From the human T2T-CHM13v2.0 reference genome, Homo sapiens, in the NCBI RefSeq assembly GCF_009914755.1, contig NC_060930.1: DNA of 64,000 bases; one strand, written 5' to 3'. Numbering within the stretch: position 1 is the stretch's first letter; each line of letters starts with the position of its first letter. Both the position numbers and the translations under genes were made by a program. Shown here one piece after another: positions 1-14,247 of this stretch. The notes under the pieces were generated by a model that did no database searches, had not been told where the DNA came from, and worked only from the letters and a program-made list of their open reading frames with translations.

Positions 1-241
1 TGTGCAGCCTATTACAAATTCTATAAAATAATGATGCAAGTTTCACAAAGAGATAAACTTTTAAAAATATTTTCAAGTATTATATTTTTAGGAACACTGA
101 ATAAAAATCTTAATATACAAATCCTCTCTTGCCAACATAAAGTTATATGCATTTGTGATCTTACATGTGATACAGTTTATTAAAGACTGGAAAGTGACTG
201 ATACTCATTTAAGGGTTTCTCTTCATTTATAGAGTCAATAA

Positions 242-450
<209 letters not shown>

Positions 451-650
451 AAGAACTTCCTAACTTACATCATGGACTGTCACAAACCTGGATTACAAGA
501 TGTTATTTATACACTGACAAGTTGGAGTTTTACAAAACGCGATTTGTAATATAAACTAGTTAGATAACTCAGAGGGTTTTATTGGCCATATTTTTGTTTA
601 TGCTTTGTCACAGGCTTTAGTCATTGCTTCCATGTGTTTTCATCCTTCAG

Positions 651-890
651 GATATCTTCAAGAAGCCTACTTATGGACCAAACAAGTTCTGACCATCATG
701 GAGAAATCTCTGGTCTTGCTCAGGGAGGTGACGGATGGCTCCCTCTATGAAGGAGTTGCGTATGGCAGCTACACCACTAGATCACTCTTCCAATACATGT
801 TTCTCGTCCAGAGGCACTTCAACATCAACCACTTTGGCCATCCGTGGCTTAAACAACACTTTGCATTTATGTATAGAACCATCCTGCCAG
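651..890 (+). CDS. DSE: Dermatan sulfate epimerase, internal coding exon (240 bp)
   Basis: Acceptor ttcag at 646-650, donor GTATAG at 891; encodes GYLQEAYLW...[14 protein letters not shown]...ILP. Counting back from the 958-aa end puts the known catalytic Tyr261 in EGVAYGSY. Confidence 0.97.
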
Positions 891-3039
891 GTATAGTGAG
901 GAGTCAGAAGTGTGAAAACATTAAACTATTGTAATTTTTTCTGATTATGAAAATGAGCTAGACTAGGCAGAGAAATTAGGTCCTTAGAGTTTGTCATATT
1001 GAAATTAAATAGATTTTTTTAATCAAAGAAAAATTGAATTCAAGAGTTGCATATAGCCAGAACATTTTGGAGGCTAATGTGAGTATTTATGATTTAGGTA
1101 TTATAAAGTTTGGAGGGTTATGGATTAAATACAATTTCTAGGCCCCTCAATACTTTTTTTTTATATATCCAAACTTGAGTAATATACGAACTCATCTTCA
1201 TCATTGCAAGCAAAATATAAACATTTGTGATTACCTGTCAGTTTTCCTTTATATGTGATCCCTGATCAATCCTATTTTAATTTTTGGTTTTCAGTTTTTT
1301 CTTTCAAACTATACAGACATGATTCAAAATGAAAGATTACACCTACACATTTAAGTTGGAGCTTTAGTATTTTAATATTTTATTGAAGTAAATAGTATAG
1401 AAAAGTAAACAAAAAAAGTGCTGTAAAACTTGTAATTTCTTTATTGCTGTGTCATTTAGCCTTCTAAGAGAACTAGCTCTAAAAAAAATATATACATGAT
1501 TTAATAATGTATTCATTTCCAGAGAACTTTGTAACCTTTTTTTATTTCTAAAACAGGACTAAGATGTTAGAACAAGTTATAAAGGAAAATTTTATCAGGA
1601 TAGATTCCCCCCCTTCCCCAAGGAAATGCAATTTTTAGATGGTGATTCTAGACCTACAACAAATAATATAGTATTTAAATCTTTTGGCTCTGGTAGTATA
1701 CATACAGATTAATAGAATCTCCATTATTGGACTAATTCAAAAATATTGCAGAGCATAAGAACCATTTTAAGATTTAGTTTAGACTTACATTCAAAAAAAT
1801 ACTGCTTTGTTGCTTTTTCTTAGACATGCAGGAGAGGCCTGTTTTGCAATTCATCCTAGTAAACAAAGGCTACCTGAAGCAAGGGACCTTTAAGAGGTTT
1901 CAGTGCTTTGTAATTTAAGCTGAGATCTAAAGGCTAACTACATCAGGAATTGTGTTTGCTGTGAGCTGTGTCTGTGGCTACTTCCTAAAGTGGAAAAGAC
2001 AGTATGAACATGTCTAAGAGCAGCATTTATATGTTTGTGTTAATTAAACAAACTTTTATTGAACATCTGTGTGCCAGGCACTGTAGTAGGCAGAGGATTC
2101 AAAGAGGAATAAAACACATCTCCTGCTTTCAAGGAATTCACAGACTAGTAGAAGATTCAGAAAATATCATTTTAAAATAAGGTATACTTACAAGATCATT
2201 TACTAAATTATTAGGAACAAAAACATTAGCTGTAAATTACATAAATATAATTGTGGTAACATTTTAGAAGAGGTTCTATGTTAAAGCAATCTGTTTTCAA
2301 CTTCATTTCTCTCTTTTTTTTTTTTTCTACAGTTGATACTCTAGTAGCAATTTTTTTGTCTGGCTGAGTTTTCTATCTTGCTGCTTCTTTTTTCATGAAC
2401 ACGTGGAGCATATCCAGTCTTACCTGCTTTTATTTTTCTTCCCTATTCCAAAAATGATATATGGCTTTATGATCCTTGCATTTTCTGTCGTTTAACTTCC
2501 AGCAGTACATACTGGCAGGAGCTACTCCGGGAATTAAATTTTCTTCCTGTAGAAACTCAGTCTCTCCCCTGAACTTCGTATATAGTATAACTTACACTTT
2601 ATTGAAGCCAAACTGAAGCATGTTATTTTATTATCTTGGCCTAGAATGCATGTTGAGTTGTGGGAGAGCTAGTGTTCATTCCAGGTTCAGAAACCCAAAC
2701 TGCACAAGAGGATGTCCCATGTATATATGCAAATATAATCACGTATAGCATGAACATTGGAAAATGAGGAAGGCAGGGAATAGGTGTAGCACTAATGTTA
2801 CCAAGGACAGGTTACCACATAATAAATACAAGCTTGCACACAACATATGTGGAAGACCTTTTGAGGGATTCTGACTAACTGGTCTGGAATAAAATGTGAG
2901 GATTGTGATTTTTCTTTTATTTTATCCCTTCCATTACACAATTCTAATTTGCAACTAGATTTGAAAAGTCATTGTTTAGACCTATATAGTAGTGTGAAGT
3001 TTTCAAAGTATCTTAATTCTTTCCAACTTATTTCCCTAG

Positions 3040-3247
3040 GGTTTCAAAGGACTGTGGCTATTGCGGACTCAAATTACAACTGGTTTTATGGTCCAGAAAG
3101 CCAATTAGTGTTCCTTGATAAATTTGTCATGCGTAATGGCAGTGGTAACTGGCTAGCTGACCAAATCAGAAGGAACCGTGTGGTGGAAGGTCCAGGAACA
3201 CCATCCAAAGGGCAGCGCTGGTGCACTCTGCACACAGAATTTCTCTG
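3040..3247 (+). CDS. DSE: Dermatan sulfate epimerase, penultimate coding exon (208 bp)
   Basis: Acceptor ccctag ending 3039, donor GTATGA at 3248; phases join (G|GG Gly, TG|G Trp); encodes [21 protein letters not shown]...HTEFL. Confidence 0.97.
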
Positions 3248-3436
3248 GTATGACACATTGGGCTAGCTTTAAAGAGAAATGGTACCCAAGGGTACTATTC
3301 ATGCTATGCACTTGTTTTTTTGCATTTAAAAAGAAAAACTAAAACACTTTTTAAATCTTTTCTCCATGCCACCTGAGTATATGAAGTTTCAATTCAACTC
3401 ATATCACTGTTTTTGAAACTCTTAGAAACTTTTCTT

Positions 3437-3520
3437 TTTTAAAAAAAAATTTCAACTTTTAGATACAGGGGTACATGTGCAGTATACCCAGGTAGTGAGC
3501 ATAGTACCTAATAGGTAGTG
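3437..3520 (-). mobile_element. Very short L1 3'-end fragment (old L1PA/L1PB type) with TSD
   Basis: TTTCAACTTTTAGATACAGGGGTACATGTGCAG...CCCAGGTAGTGAGCATAGTACC flanked by ttagaaacttttcttt (3422-3437) and ttagaaacatttcttt (3521-3536). Confidence 0.7.
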
Positions 3521-5282
3521 TTAGAAACATTTCTTTATGTTTAACATCTAATTACTGTTTTCAGTTTTTGGTTCTCATATTAGAGCTGTCCTACACTTGC
3601 ACTATTTCATAAATAAGCATGTTTTGATTTTACATCATTTTTTGAAAGCATATAAAACAAAACACAAAATTTAGACTAGGTTATTCTGATAATCACACCA
3701 AAAAAAAGGTAGTAAAATATTTTGTTTTGGTAAATGGAGCATTATAATCTTCTAATAGCAAAGCTGTTACTAAATTTTCAAAAGTGTTTAAAAGTGTTTG
3801 ACAGTATTTGACAGCTTCACTTTGATAATAAAAGGACCGTATAAATTTTTTTGCCTTTTCTTTTAAGCCCAGAAAGAGAAGCTTGGGTCTCCTTTTTAAA
3901 GTATTGCCAAATATATTGTTGGCATCCAATAAGTTAAAATCAAAATTACAGGGAACTGATTAATCATTAATCCCTGATGTCTTTTCAAGCTGTTGAAATT
4001 TGCATTCAACTCCAAAACAAGCTTTCTTGTGGTTTGCTTCTCTTTATCCTTTTTTTTCAAAATACAAAAAAATTAAGGAGGAAAAAATATTAGTAAAATG
4101 GTGTCTATAGTTTAACCAACAATTTAAGATTATTTTCATAGATAAACTAAACATATTAAGATGCAACCATCCTTGAGTTCTCTCAGGAGTATGACATAAT
4201 TACTTAATAGTGTAACCCATAAATAAGTTACTCATAAATATTCAATGAAGAGAGTTCTATAAAGCTAACTACAGGATTAATAGGTCAGATTAATGCTAAG
4301 TCTAACTTAAAAATCTGCCTTTATAGCAATATGCAAACTGACCAAAAACTGAGAGTAAGATGGCCAATTCAGCTTACATCTACACTTTTTAAATCACATT
4401 AATTAAGCCAACATTATACTAGACCTAAGTAGAGATATAATTTCTGATGTCTTGAAACTGAGACTCTAGAACAACAGATGAAACAGTCAATATCAAACAC
4501 CAATAAGATTAACTCTAGGTGATTGATTTACTTTAGGGAAAAGTACATAGTGCTAATAATAAACATTTATCATAAATGAAAATAAGAAGTCATTTATTGT
4601 CCAAGAAGCATGGCATCATCTGCAGATTAAAACAAAACCAAACCTTTGGACCTGGCTGGTCAGTAGTAGGCACAATTATAAATCCCTCAATATAAGACAG
4701 TTTGCTGAAACTTCATCCATTTATATTCTGAGATGTGGTGTTGGTGATACATTTTATCTAATATGTGAAGTTCTCCTCTATTTCAGTTTATTTTTTCAAG
4801 GAAAAAAATCTTGAGGGAGAACTCTTTTCAATACCAAACATTCAATAATATCAGTTACTGCAGAACTATACTTTATTACAACTCAAGGCTTGTTAGAGTC
4901 CAGATTCTAACATGGCATTTCTAGAAGAGGAGCCCCTCAACCAGAAATTTGGATGAAGTGCTTAAATCCATGAGGCCCAGTAGTTTGAATGGTCACTCTG
5001 ACATCATCAAGTGAAGATAGTCCATGTAGAGATTAGAGCAGAAATCATTTCGGGCCCAAACCCAAGGATCACAAATGATAAAGAAATATTCCTCTTCCAG
5101 TCACCAAGGGTTTCCCTTTGTGCATACTGGTTGTCCTTGGATATTTTTAGAATTGTCCCTAATATACTCTGCACTGCCAGTGCTCTGGGTAGCATTTGTG
5201 TGTCGCATCTTCCACATTACCATGTTATGTGTTATTTTCACTGCCATCAGAAAACCATTTAATTTTTCAAAATTAATTTCAG

Positions 5283-7041
5283 GTATGATGGCAGCTTGAA
5301 ATCGGTTCCTCCTCCAGACTTTGGCACCCCTACACTGCATTATTTTGAAGACTGGGGTGTCGTGACTTATGGAAGTGCACTACCTGCAGAAATCAATAGA
5401 TCTTTCCTTTCCTTCAAGTCTGGAAAACTGGGGGGACGTGCAATATATGACATTGTCCACAGAAACAAATACAAAGATTGGATCAAAGGATGGAGAAATT
5501 TTAATGCAGGGCATGAACATCCTGATCAAAACTCATTTACTTTTGCTCCCAATGGTGTGCCTTTCATTACTGAGGCTCTGTACGGGCCAAAGTACACCTT
5601 CTTCAACAATGTTTTGATGTTTTCCCCAGCTGTGTCAAAGAGCTGCTTTTCTCCCTGGGTGGGTCAGGTCACAGAAGACTGCTCATCAAAATGGTCTAAA
5701 TACAAGCATGACCTGGCAGCTAGTTGTCAGGGGAGGGTGGTTGCAGCAGAGGAGAAAAATGGGGTGGTTTTCATCCGAGGAGAAGGTGTGGGAGCTTATA
5801 ACCCCCAGCTCAACCTGAAGAATGTTCAGAGGAATCTCATCCTCCTACATCCACAGCTGCTTCTCCTTGTAGACCAAATACACCTGGGAGAGGAGAGTCC
5901 CTTGGAGACAGCAGCGAGCTTCTTCCATAATGTGGATGTTCCTTTTGAGGAGACTGTGGTAGATGGTGTCCATGGGGCTTTCATCAGGCAGAGAGATGGT
6001 CTCTATAAAATGTACTGGATGGACGATACTGGCTACAGCGAGAAAGCAACCTTTGCCTCAGTGACATATCCTCGGGGCTATCCCTACAACGGGACAAACT
6101 ATGTGAATGTCACCATGCACCTCCGAAGTCCCATCACCAGGGCAGCTTACCTCTTCATAGGGCCATCTATAGATGTTCAGAGCTTCACTGTCCACGGAGA
6201 CTCTCAGCAACTGGATGTGTTCATAGCCACCAGCAAACATGCCTACGCCACATACCTGTGGACAGGTGAGGCCACAGGACAGTCTGCCTTTGCACAGGTC
6301 ATTGCTGATCGTCACAAAATTCTGTTTGACCGGAATTCAGCCATCAAGAGCAGCATTGTCCCTGAGGTGAAGGACTATGCTGCTATTGTGGAACAGAACT
6401 TGCAGCATTTTAAACCAGTGTTTCAGCTGCTGGAGAAGCAGATACTGTCCCGAGTCCGGAACACAGCTAGCTTTAGGAAGACTGCTGAACGCCTGCTGAG
6501 ATTTTCAGATAAGAGACAGACTGAGGAGGCCATTGACAGGATTTTTGCCATATCACAGCAACAGCAGCAGCAAAGCAAGTCAAAGAAAAACCGAAGGGCA
6601 GGCAAACGCTATAAATTTGTGGATGCTGTCCCTGATATTTTTGCACAGATTGAAGTCAATGAGAAAAAGATTAGACAGAAAGCTCAGATTTTGGCACAGA
6701 AAGAACTACCCATAGATGAAGATGAAGAAATGAAAGACCTTTTAGATTTTGCAGATGTAACATACGAGAAACATAAAAATGGGGGCTTGATTAAAGGCCG
6801 GTTTGGACAGGCACGGATGGTGACAACTACACACAGCAGGGCCCCATCACTGTCTGCTTCCTATACCAGGTTGTTCCTGATTCTGAACATTGCTATTTTC
6901 TTTGTCATGTTGGCAATGCAACTGACTTATTTCCAGAGGGCCCAGAGCCTACATGGCCAAAGATGTCTTTATGCAGTTCTTCTCATAGATAGCTGTATTT
7001 TATTATGGTTGTACTCTTCTTGTTCCCAATCACAGTGTTAG
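5283..7041 (+). CDS. DSE: Dermatan sulfate epimerase, terminal coding exon
   Basis: Acceptor tttcag ending 5282; frame [15 protein letters not shown]...[14 protein letters not shown] (catalytic His450)...SCSQSQC*; two C-terminal hydrophobic segments; TAG ends at 7041. Confidence 0.98.
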
Positions 7042-7985
7042 CACTGAAGCTATAAATTACCTGGTCATTTTGTGATCACAAGAGTCTATGCAAAAAAAAA
7101 AATTTCTTTACCCCAGATTATCAGATTTTTTTCCCTCAGATTCATTTTAACAAATTAAGGGAAGATATTTTGACACAAGAAAGCAGGAACGTGGAGAAAT
7201 TGGAGCAGGAAAAGAAATTATCAAAGCAATAGAAATAGCTTGGTGGTCCTATGGTGTTTTTGGAAGTATTTGGCATTGCTAATTGAGCAGTCCATATAGT
7301 ACTACTTTTAGAAGAAACAAAAAGTCTGTTTTTTAAAGTAATGTTTTTTCTTATGAGAAAAAGGTTTAGATAGAATTGGGTTTTATTAATATTAATTTAA
7401 TGCTATTAGCAATTTCCATATACTATATTGTGGAAAAGACTGAAGAATACAATTCTGAGAAATACAAAAAAATTTTAATGGTATACTCATGTTGAAAGAT
7501 AAATGTTGCTAAGTCCTGGTATGATGGTGTGAGCTTCCTTGGGGAAGTACTTCTTGAGTTATGTAACTAACAGGATGTTTTACTACAGATCTGGATGGCT
7601 ATTCAGATAACATGGCAAAAAATGATAGCAGAAGATCATTAAAAACTTAAAATATATTTTATTAGAAAACATTTATCTATGAATGAATATTTCCTTGATG
7701 CTGGTCTCTGCACACATATGCTTGGTTACTTGCATGCATTCATTGGTTGTTCAATAAGTGAGATGATTACAGATAACTTAATACTGTATTTTCCTTATAT
7801 GGAAAACCGTTATAGACCCAATAACAACTAAACCTTTCAAAAGAAAATATTTTCTATTATGAATGTTGATTTTCATACCAAAGAAGATGGAGAGTCTAAA
7901 ATTTGGATATGATTCTTATGTTTTTTTAATAGAAAACCTTCTTCAAGTTTATTTTCCTAAATAAACATCATAATTGTGAATTTTC
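7042..7985 (+). other. DSE: DSE proximal 3' UTR with polyadenylation signal AATAAA at 7960-7965
   Basis: AT-rich sequence after the stop; AATAAA followed by a T-rich downstream tract; cleavage site approximate. Confidence 0.6.
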
Positions 7986-9522
7986 TCTAGTATTCTTCTT
8001 CTTTGTTCCATTATATTCAAAATGCATTAACATTTTCCAAAATTTTTGAAGAGAGATCTTTATTTGGACGTGTATTCATTAAATATATAAAGTAGTGTTT
8101 GAATCAAAAGAAGTATTTTCTCTGCTTATTAACCTTAATTGTTGTTTAAGCATATTTTAAATATTTAAAACAATAGCCAATTCTGATATTTAAGTAGCAC
8201 CCAACTTTTAAAAGCATAAAATTTTCAATCAACTCCTCAGAAGGTAACAGCAGCATAGAATACTAGAAAAATAATCCATAGTTTCTACTTGAGCATAAGA
8301 AAATGATATACTTAAAAGGAACTTAATAAATTATCATACATTCAGCATATTTGAGTCATATATTTCTCCTTTGAAACAAAATATGTTCAGCTCAAATTTT
8401 ACAGTAAGGACACACTCACTGATTTATAGGTGTAAAGTAACAACAGTAACCTTTCCTCTTACTTGCTCTTTTAGTTCACAGCAATACCAGTATGTAACCA
8501 AAAGACAAGCTGGAGAAACTTTTAAGTACCTTTCTGCAGTTCTAATTTGAACCTTCTTGCATAAAGAAAACACAAGTTTGACTTTTAACTGTGCTTCACT
8601 TATTATGCTTGGAATCTAGAAAACGACTTCTGAGGAAGTAATTTTTTTCCCCTCTCATGGAAAGTCTCTAGGGAGGATGTCATTACACACTGTTTAAAAG
8701 AATAATGTTTTCAAAAGAATAATGCTTCCGTTTGTCCTGCATGGATGCTCTTACTAGGATTTAAACTTGCTTTATGTGACAGATTCTCCATTTACTTAAC
8801 CTCACTCAACATTCCTCTCTTTTACTCTTTCTCACTCAAAAGGATGAACTGTCTGAAATGATCAAAAGGAAATTTTGAGAGAAAAAAAAAAGGAAAATTA
8901 TTCTTTGAGGTTACCAAGCAAACCTGATCTCAGATCCAAACTGAGACATACTTTCTAACAGAGATGAAAAGTGCAAGTGAGTGCCAAACTCGCTTTTCTT
9001 TTGTTTTCATTAGGTTAAGGCTTGACAATACGTTAGTCGCCACAGCATGATCCAGTGTAACATATTAGTTCATTTTAAAGTAGTCTTTTTAAAATACGCA
9101 TCTTTAAAACAAAATGAATTAAAATTATGTGGTTTTTTTTTTTCTTCTAATGAACCTGGTATTTATTTCCTTAAAAAGAAACTTCCTCAGGCAGTGACTT
9201 AAGTGGTTAAGTGAAAAAAAAAAATGCTGAAACAAATCACCCCTCTTCATAATGAAACATGTTTTTTTTAATCAGGGATAGTGCATATTTGAGTAAAACT
9301 AGGGAACTTTTTGTAACTTGAAAACAAAGCAATGTTAAATCTCCCTTGAAACTGAGTAATCAGTTATGGAATCTGTTTCAATGCTGCTCACTATGACAGG
9401 AATGTTTCAAGTTCATTTGATAATATGTGAGCTGTTGTTCAGGGGATTGGCAGGACTCTTGGTCCTAGCCTTAAAGAAAATTTGAGAATCACTAGCATAC
9501 AGAGCTTGTCAGTGCAGTAAAA

Positions 9523-9644
9523 GTGGTGTATTCCTGGGAAGCTGAGGTGGGAGTATTGCCTGAGCTTAGGAGTTCTGTGCTGCAGTGAGCTATGACTGTG
9601 CCACTGCACTCCAGCCTTGGAGACAGAGTGAGACCGTGTTTCTC
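9523..9644 (+). mobile_element. Alu monomer (FLAM/FAM/AluJ right-arm-like)
   Basis: GGGAAGCTGAGGTGGGAG...GCAGTGAGCTATGACTGTGCCACTGCACTCCAGCC. Confidence 0.8.
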
Positions 9645-9998
9645 TTTTTTTTTTTTTTTAAGTATATTCCCTTGTTTATAACTGATTAGCTTATTTCAGT
9701 TGATGGTAGATGAGACCTATGGTGGTGGATGAGACCCAGAATCTTCAGAGAGAACATTCTTTTGACAACATTGTTTTAATCGTCAAAGTCAGGTGGAAGA
9801 CCGTGTTCTGGAACTATTTTAATTGTTAAAATGTATCACCTAAGATAATGAATTCTTCCACAAATATTTTAGTCATAGTTTTTAAGTACCACGTATTCTA
9901 AGGTTATCAGAAAATATGTCTTAACAGAATGTTTTGCATACTGAATAATTTGTTTTTGAAAAGGAAAATTTACATTTGACTTACTCAGTTTTTAAAAA

Positions 9999-10163
9999 AT
10001 TATTTTTATTTCTAGAGACACGGTCCTTTCTGCATCACCCAGGCTGAAGTGTAGTGGCGTGATCGTAGCTCACTGCAGCCGCAAACTTCCCATCTTAAGC
10101 GATTCTTCTGCCTCAGCCTTCCAAAGTACTGGGATTAGAGGCATAGGTCATCATGCCTGGCCA
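9999..10163 (-). mobile_element. Alu monomer (FRAM/FAM-like)
   Basis: T-rich tail then AGAGACACGGTC...CCCAGGCTGAAGTGTAGTGGCGTGATCGTAGCTCACTGCAGCC...CAAAGTACTGGGATTA...CATGCCTGGCC. Confidence 0.8.
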
Positions 10164-11499
10164 AGTTAAAAAAATTTTTGATAGTTCACAAACCACTCAC
10201 AAAAGAATCTGAAATTTCTCCAAGTGTTAAGAGAAAGCAAGCTATGAAATGCTATATTTGTAGGCTTAAAAGTAAATTAGTGTGTTTTCTTAAAAATCTA
10301 AACCAAGATTAAAATGAATATAGTCATAGGTATGAGGGGCATGTAATTTATCTTCCGACTGGAGATACCTTTGAGAGTTAAAGGAGGAGCAATTAATTGT
10401 TATTCCAGGACAACAGATATAAATCGAGATTATACTAGGTGAACTGGGACATATGGTCATCTTTGTCATAGCTTAATTCAGGAAAAAAGGAGTTAGGGAA
10501 GTCTGAAGGTCTAACTCAAAGTTTGATGCTTTTTAAGCAAGTTTAGGGAACTTGAGATGACCTGATTGAGACCCCTAAATCTACAGATGAGGAAAGCAAG
10601 CCTCAAGCAAGGGGGGCCTGATCCTTTCCCTGTTCCCTGTGTATTCCCTGTCTGTGGCAAAGCCCATTGCCTTGATTCTCTTCTCTTTACTTTCATGTTG
10701 AGAAGTAGTTTCTTTCTGCAGTTTATTTAATTTACTGGCAAAATGACGTATTTTTTTTTCAGCAATGTTTCAGCTAGATATTTGCTTTATGCATGTAATG
10801 TCAATGAAGTACTCATAAGTTTTCAAGAAATGACTGATATAAATCATGTGTTCCACTACATAGTCTAAATATTTAGTATTTGGTCATCTATTTTAATATG
10901 TTCAAATTCTGTTAAACAAGACATAGTCACTATGTGAAGAATAAAAATAGACAAAGTTGCATTATGACTTTTCTTCTTGCATATACAGTTTCCCTCTTGG
11001 TTTTGGGATTTTTTTAATTGAAGTTTTATTTGGCATAAATTATGAACATACATGATTGAAAAAGTATAGTACTAGAAGCCTTATTTAAAAAACAAAACAA
11101 TAAATTATCTGTCCCTTCCCCTCTCATTCTTAGTTTGTACTTCCCAGAAGTAACCAATTTCTAATTCTTTTGGCTGTTACATATATTGTGTACTTGTTTA
11201 CAATAAGGTCTAAAACTGCCTACTAATGAAGCTTTAGCTCTCTTACCCATTCTTTATACTTATTGGAAGATAATAGGTGCTATGGAAGGAAAAGTCAGGG
11301 TAAGGAGACTGGGAAGAGGAGGCCATAATTTTAAATGTGGTGATCAGGTTAGGCTTTATTGATGTCTCCACTTCCATTCTCTGTGTCATTTTGAAAATCT
11401 ATTTGCTGTTAATTTAATGGGGTTTTAGGAAGGAACTGAAGGAAATTTATATATTGAGTGCAGTATGTTTAAATGGAAGTCCCACAGCACTTTTCAGTT

Positions 11500-12450
11500 G
11501 AGTTAACAAATAACGAATGACAATAACATGTTTACAGAGCATCTACTATATGCCAAGTATTGTTTTAGGAACTGAAGATATGGTAGAGAATAGGAATAAT
11601 AAAAGCTGGCCCTCGTATAGTTTATGTTCTAGTGGGAGCAAATAATAACAGTAATAGTGCAGGATGTCAAGTAGTGGTAAGTACTGTGGAGAATAAAGCA
11701 AGGGGAGGGGATGTAAGGTGATGGTGAATTGGTACTGTCCCATAAACAGTGGTTTCTGATGTGATTACTTATGATCAGACACTTGAAAGAAATAAGGGAA
11801 TGAATCACAGGGACATCTAAGAGAGAGGAGCATTCCAGATAGAACAGCAGTTCGAAGGCCCTGAGCTCAGTATGTGTTTGGTGTATTTAGGACTAGGAGG
11901 CCAGTGTGGCTAGAGCAGAGTGGGGGAGGGGAGGGTGATAGGAATAGGATCAGATCATACATGCTCTCACAGACTGCAGCAAAGACTTGGATTATGAGTT
12001 GGGGAGTCAGTTGCAATGAACTGAGATGTGGCTGACTGCAGGAGGAATAAGTAGTAGGAAGCGGGTCCAGGAGGTTGTTTTAGCCATGTTAAGTTTAAGA
12101 TACTTTCTAAAAATCCAAGTGGAGATGTACCAGCCTGGAATCCAGGGGCAGGCTGTGGCTGAAGATGTAATTGTTGGTGCCTTCTTAAAGGTTAAACAGA
12201 AATTTACTAGCTGTGTGAGAGGAGAAGTGCATTCTGGGTAAATGGAATAGAATAAAGAAAAAAGTACGAAAAAGCAAACCTGGTTCAGGAATTCTCCAGA
12301 CTGGTGGTGTTGGCCCACAGGGTGTGTGATGGAGAATGGGTGAAGATGAAACTGAAAAGGCAAGCAGGGAGGCTATTGTGCAGGACTTTGTAGGACATGC
12401 TAAGGAATCTGGACTTTATTCTGCCATGAGGCTGCTCAACCATTTTTATG
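11500..12450 (+). mobile_element. L2 fragments (ancient LINE), boundaries approximate
   Basis: L2-type phrases: GAGCATCTACTATATGCCAAG, GAAGGCCCTGAG, GGAGGCCAGTGTGGCTAGAGCAGAGTG, AAGGAATCTGGACTTTATTCT. Confidence 0.55.
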
Positions 12451-14247
12451 CCTCAGCATAACTGAGGGCTACAACATAACACCCATCACTCAACAAGCAT
12501 GGCAGCGATTTTCATGGGATAGGAAATGTGTATGGGAGCAAAAGGGACATGGGTGAGGGGTGTTGATGATGCCACATATACCTGTGTGTATGTGAAACTT
12601 TGAAAAATCCCTGAGATGGCTCTGATATGCCCCCCTATATTCCATATGTTTACTCCCTGGGGTGAGGTGGGGCAGGGAGGGGGTACCCTCTGCTTAGAAA
12701 TCGCTGCAAGCAATGGCAAGCCATTAAAGAATTTTCTTTTTAAATAATCAGATTTGCATTTTAGAAAGGCAATTTTAGCTTCAGTGTAGAGAGTGGACCC
12801 AATGGGGAAGAGGTTAGGAGACCATTTCCATAGTCTGGGTAGAAGACAATTAGCTCCTTGAATAAGTCTGGAGAGGGAATGTTTAACTCCTAGCCCACAG
12901 GCAAAATGTGTGGCCAAAGGAATGAATATTTTGTGGAAGTATTGATCAGAAAGATAATGAGTCAAGGATCCCTAATGGTATATATGTCTGAGTCTTATTT
13001 AATATAAGAAGAGCATGGTTGCCTGCCATGGCTCTGCTGCCGTCACCCTGGCTATCCCTTAATAAGCCCAGGAAATTGTTCAAATATTTCTGCCATTTGT
13101 ATTTTCAGCTTGCCTTGTTCAGGGACTTCACATAGAATGGTATAACTGGAGTACAGGGTGTGTATGTAGTGGCGGGTGATAGAAAATTAGACTGGAAAAG
13201 TAGACCAGGCTCCAGGGCAGGAGGGTCTCTTTTCCTCACTCCATTTAATTTAAAAAAGAAATAGTTTCAATTATATAAGCATTGTGATTAATGCAGGCAG
13301 TTGGAGTACTTTCTAAATCAGAAAAGTAAAAGTGCTGCTCCTTCTGCATATCTCTAGAAATTTGTTATGGGGAAGTCTTTATCAAAGAATGTCCCTATGA
13401 TTTCAGTAGAATTTCTTAAGAAAAGAGCTTCTAAAAACATTCAGTCAGCCCAGCCCATTCCAAATTAAATAATGAGAAGTGTGTTTAGTATTTATTTAGG
13501 AATTCTTTTCTGAACAAAAAAACGTTTTCAATGGTCTAGGCACTTCCTTTTTCTTCCAAAGAAATGGTAATAACAGGACACTAGAAGTACCTTTCTGTGT
13601 AAAGCAAACATCTTGTCAGTTTTCCTTACTTTGTACTTTTCAGTCTCTGCTGTTTACCATTTTTGTCCAGGATCAGAGACCTCCAGTAAAATAAAAGGAA
13701 TTTCTGTTTATTGTCTCCTTGATAATCTTGATTTCTAAACTCCTTTACTCCTCTCTTGAAGGTATTTGTTTTACTGACAAAAGAATGGATCCAGGTCATT
13801 TAGTAGAGTTCTGAAGAGAATTCTTAGAGCACTCTATATATTCAAACCTCCGTATTTTTTGATACAAAAAGGACTGATGAAAGGGAGACGTGATTCTTTT
13901 GAAAGATTAATTCACAGAATTTTTTATCACAGTTGAAATATCAATTGCAATAACAACTGAAAACTGATTGCTATTACTGAACACTGCCCTTAGGTGGCTC
14001 ACTCTTAGAAGACACAAAGTCACTGGACTACAATCCTTTAGGGCAGGGATTGTGTCTCTTGCTCGTTGTATATACATGGTTCTTACACAGTGCCTGGCAT
14101 TCAAAAAATGCATTCAGAAAAATTTGGTATTCAAAAAATGCTTGATGAATTGACTGATTGACTGCCTGAATGAATAAATAAATTGGTGGATTAATGACTG
14201 AATGGAGTACAGAAGACTGTGGTCCCAGAAGACCTTAACATTGAGCT

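Noticed and set aside
5007-6715. Short ORFs overlapping or antisense to the DSE last exon
   Set aside because: Shadow frames of a real exon or intron; the poly-Cys is just the reverse of the CAG run
12486-12965. 159-aa minus-strand ORF
   Set aside because: Non-ATG start, lies among ancient repeat fragments, no protein-family signature
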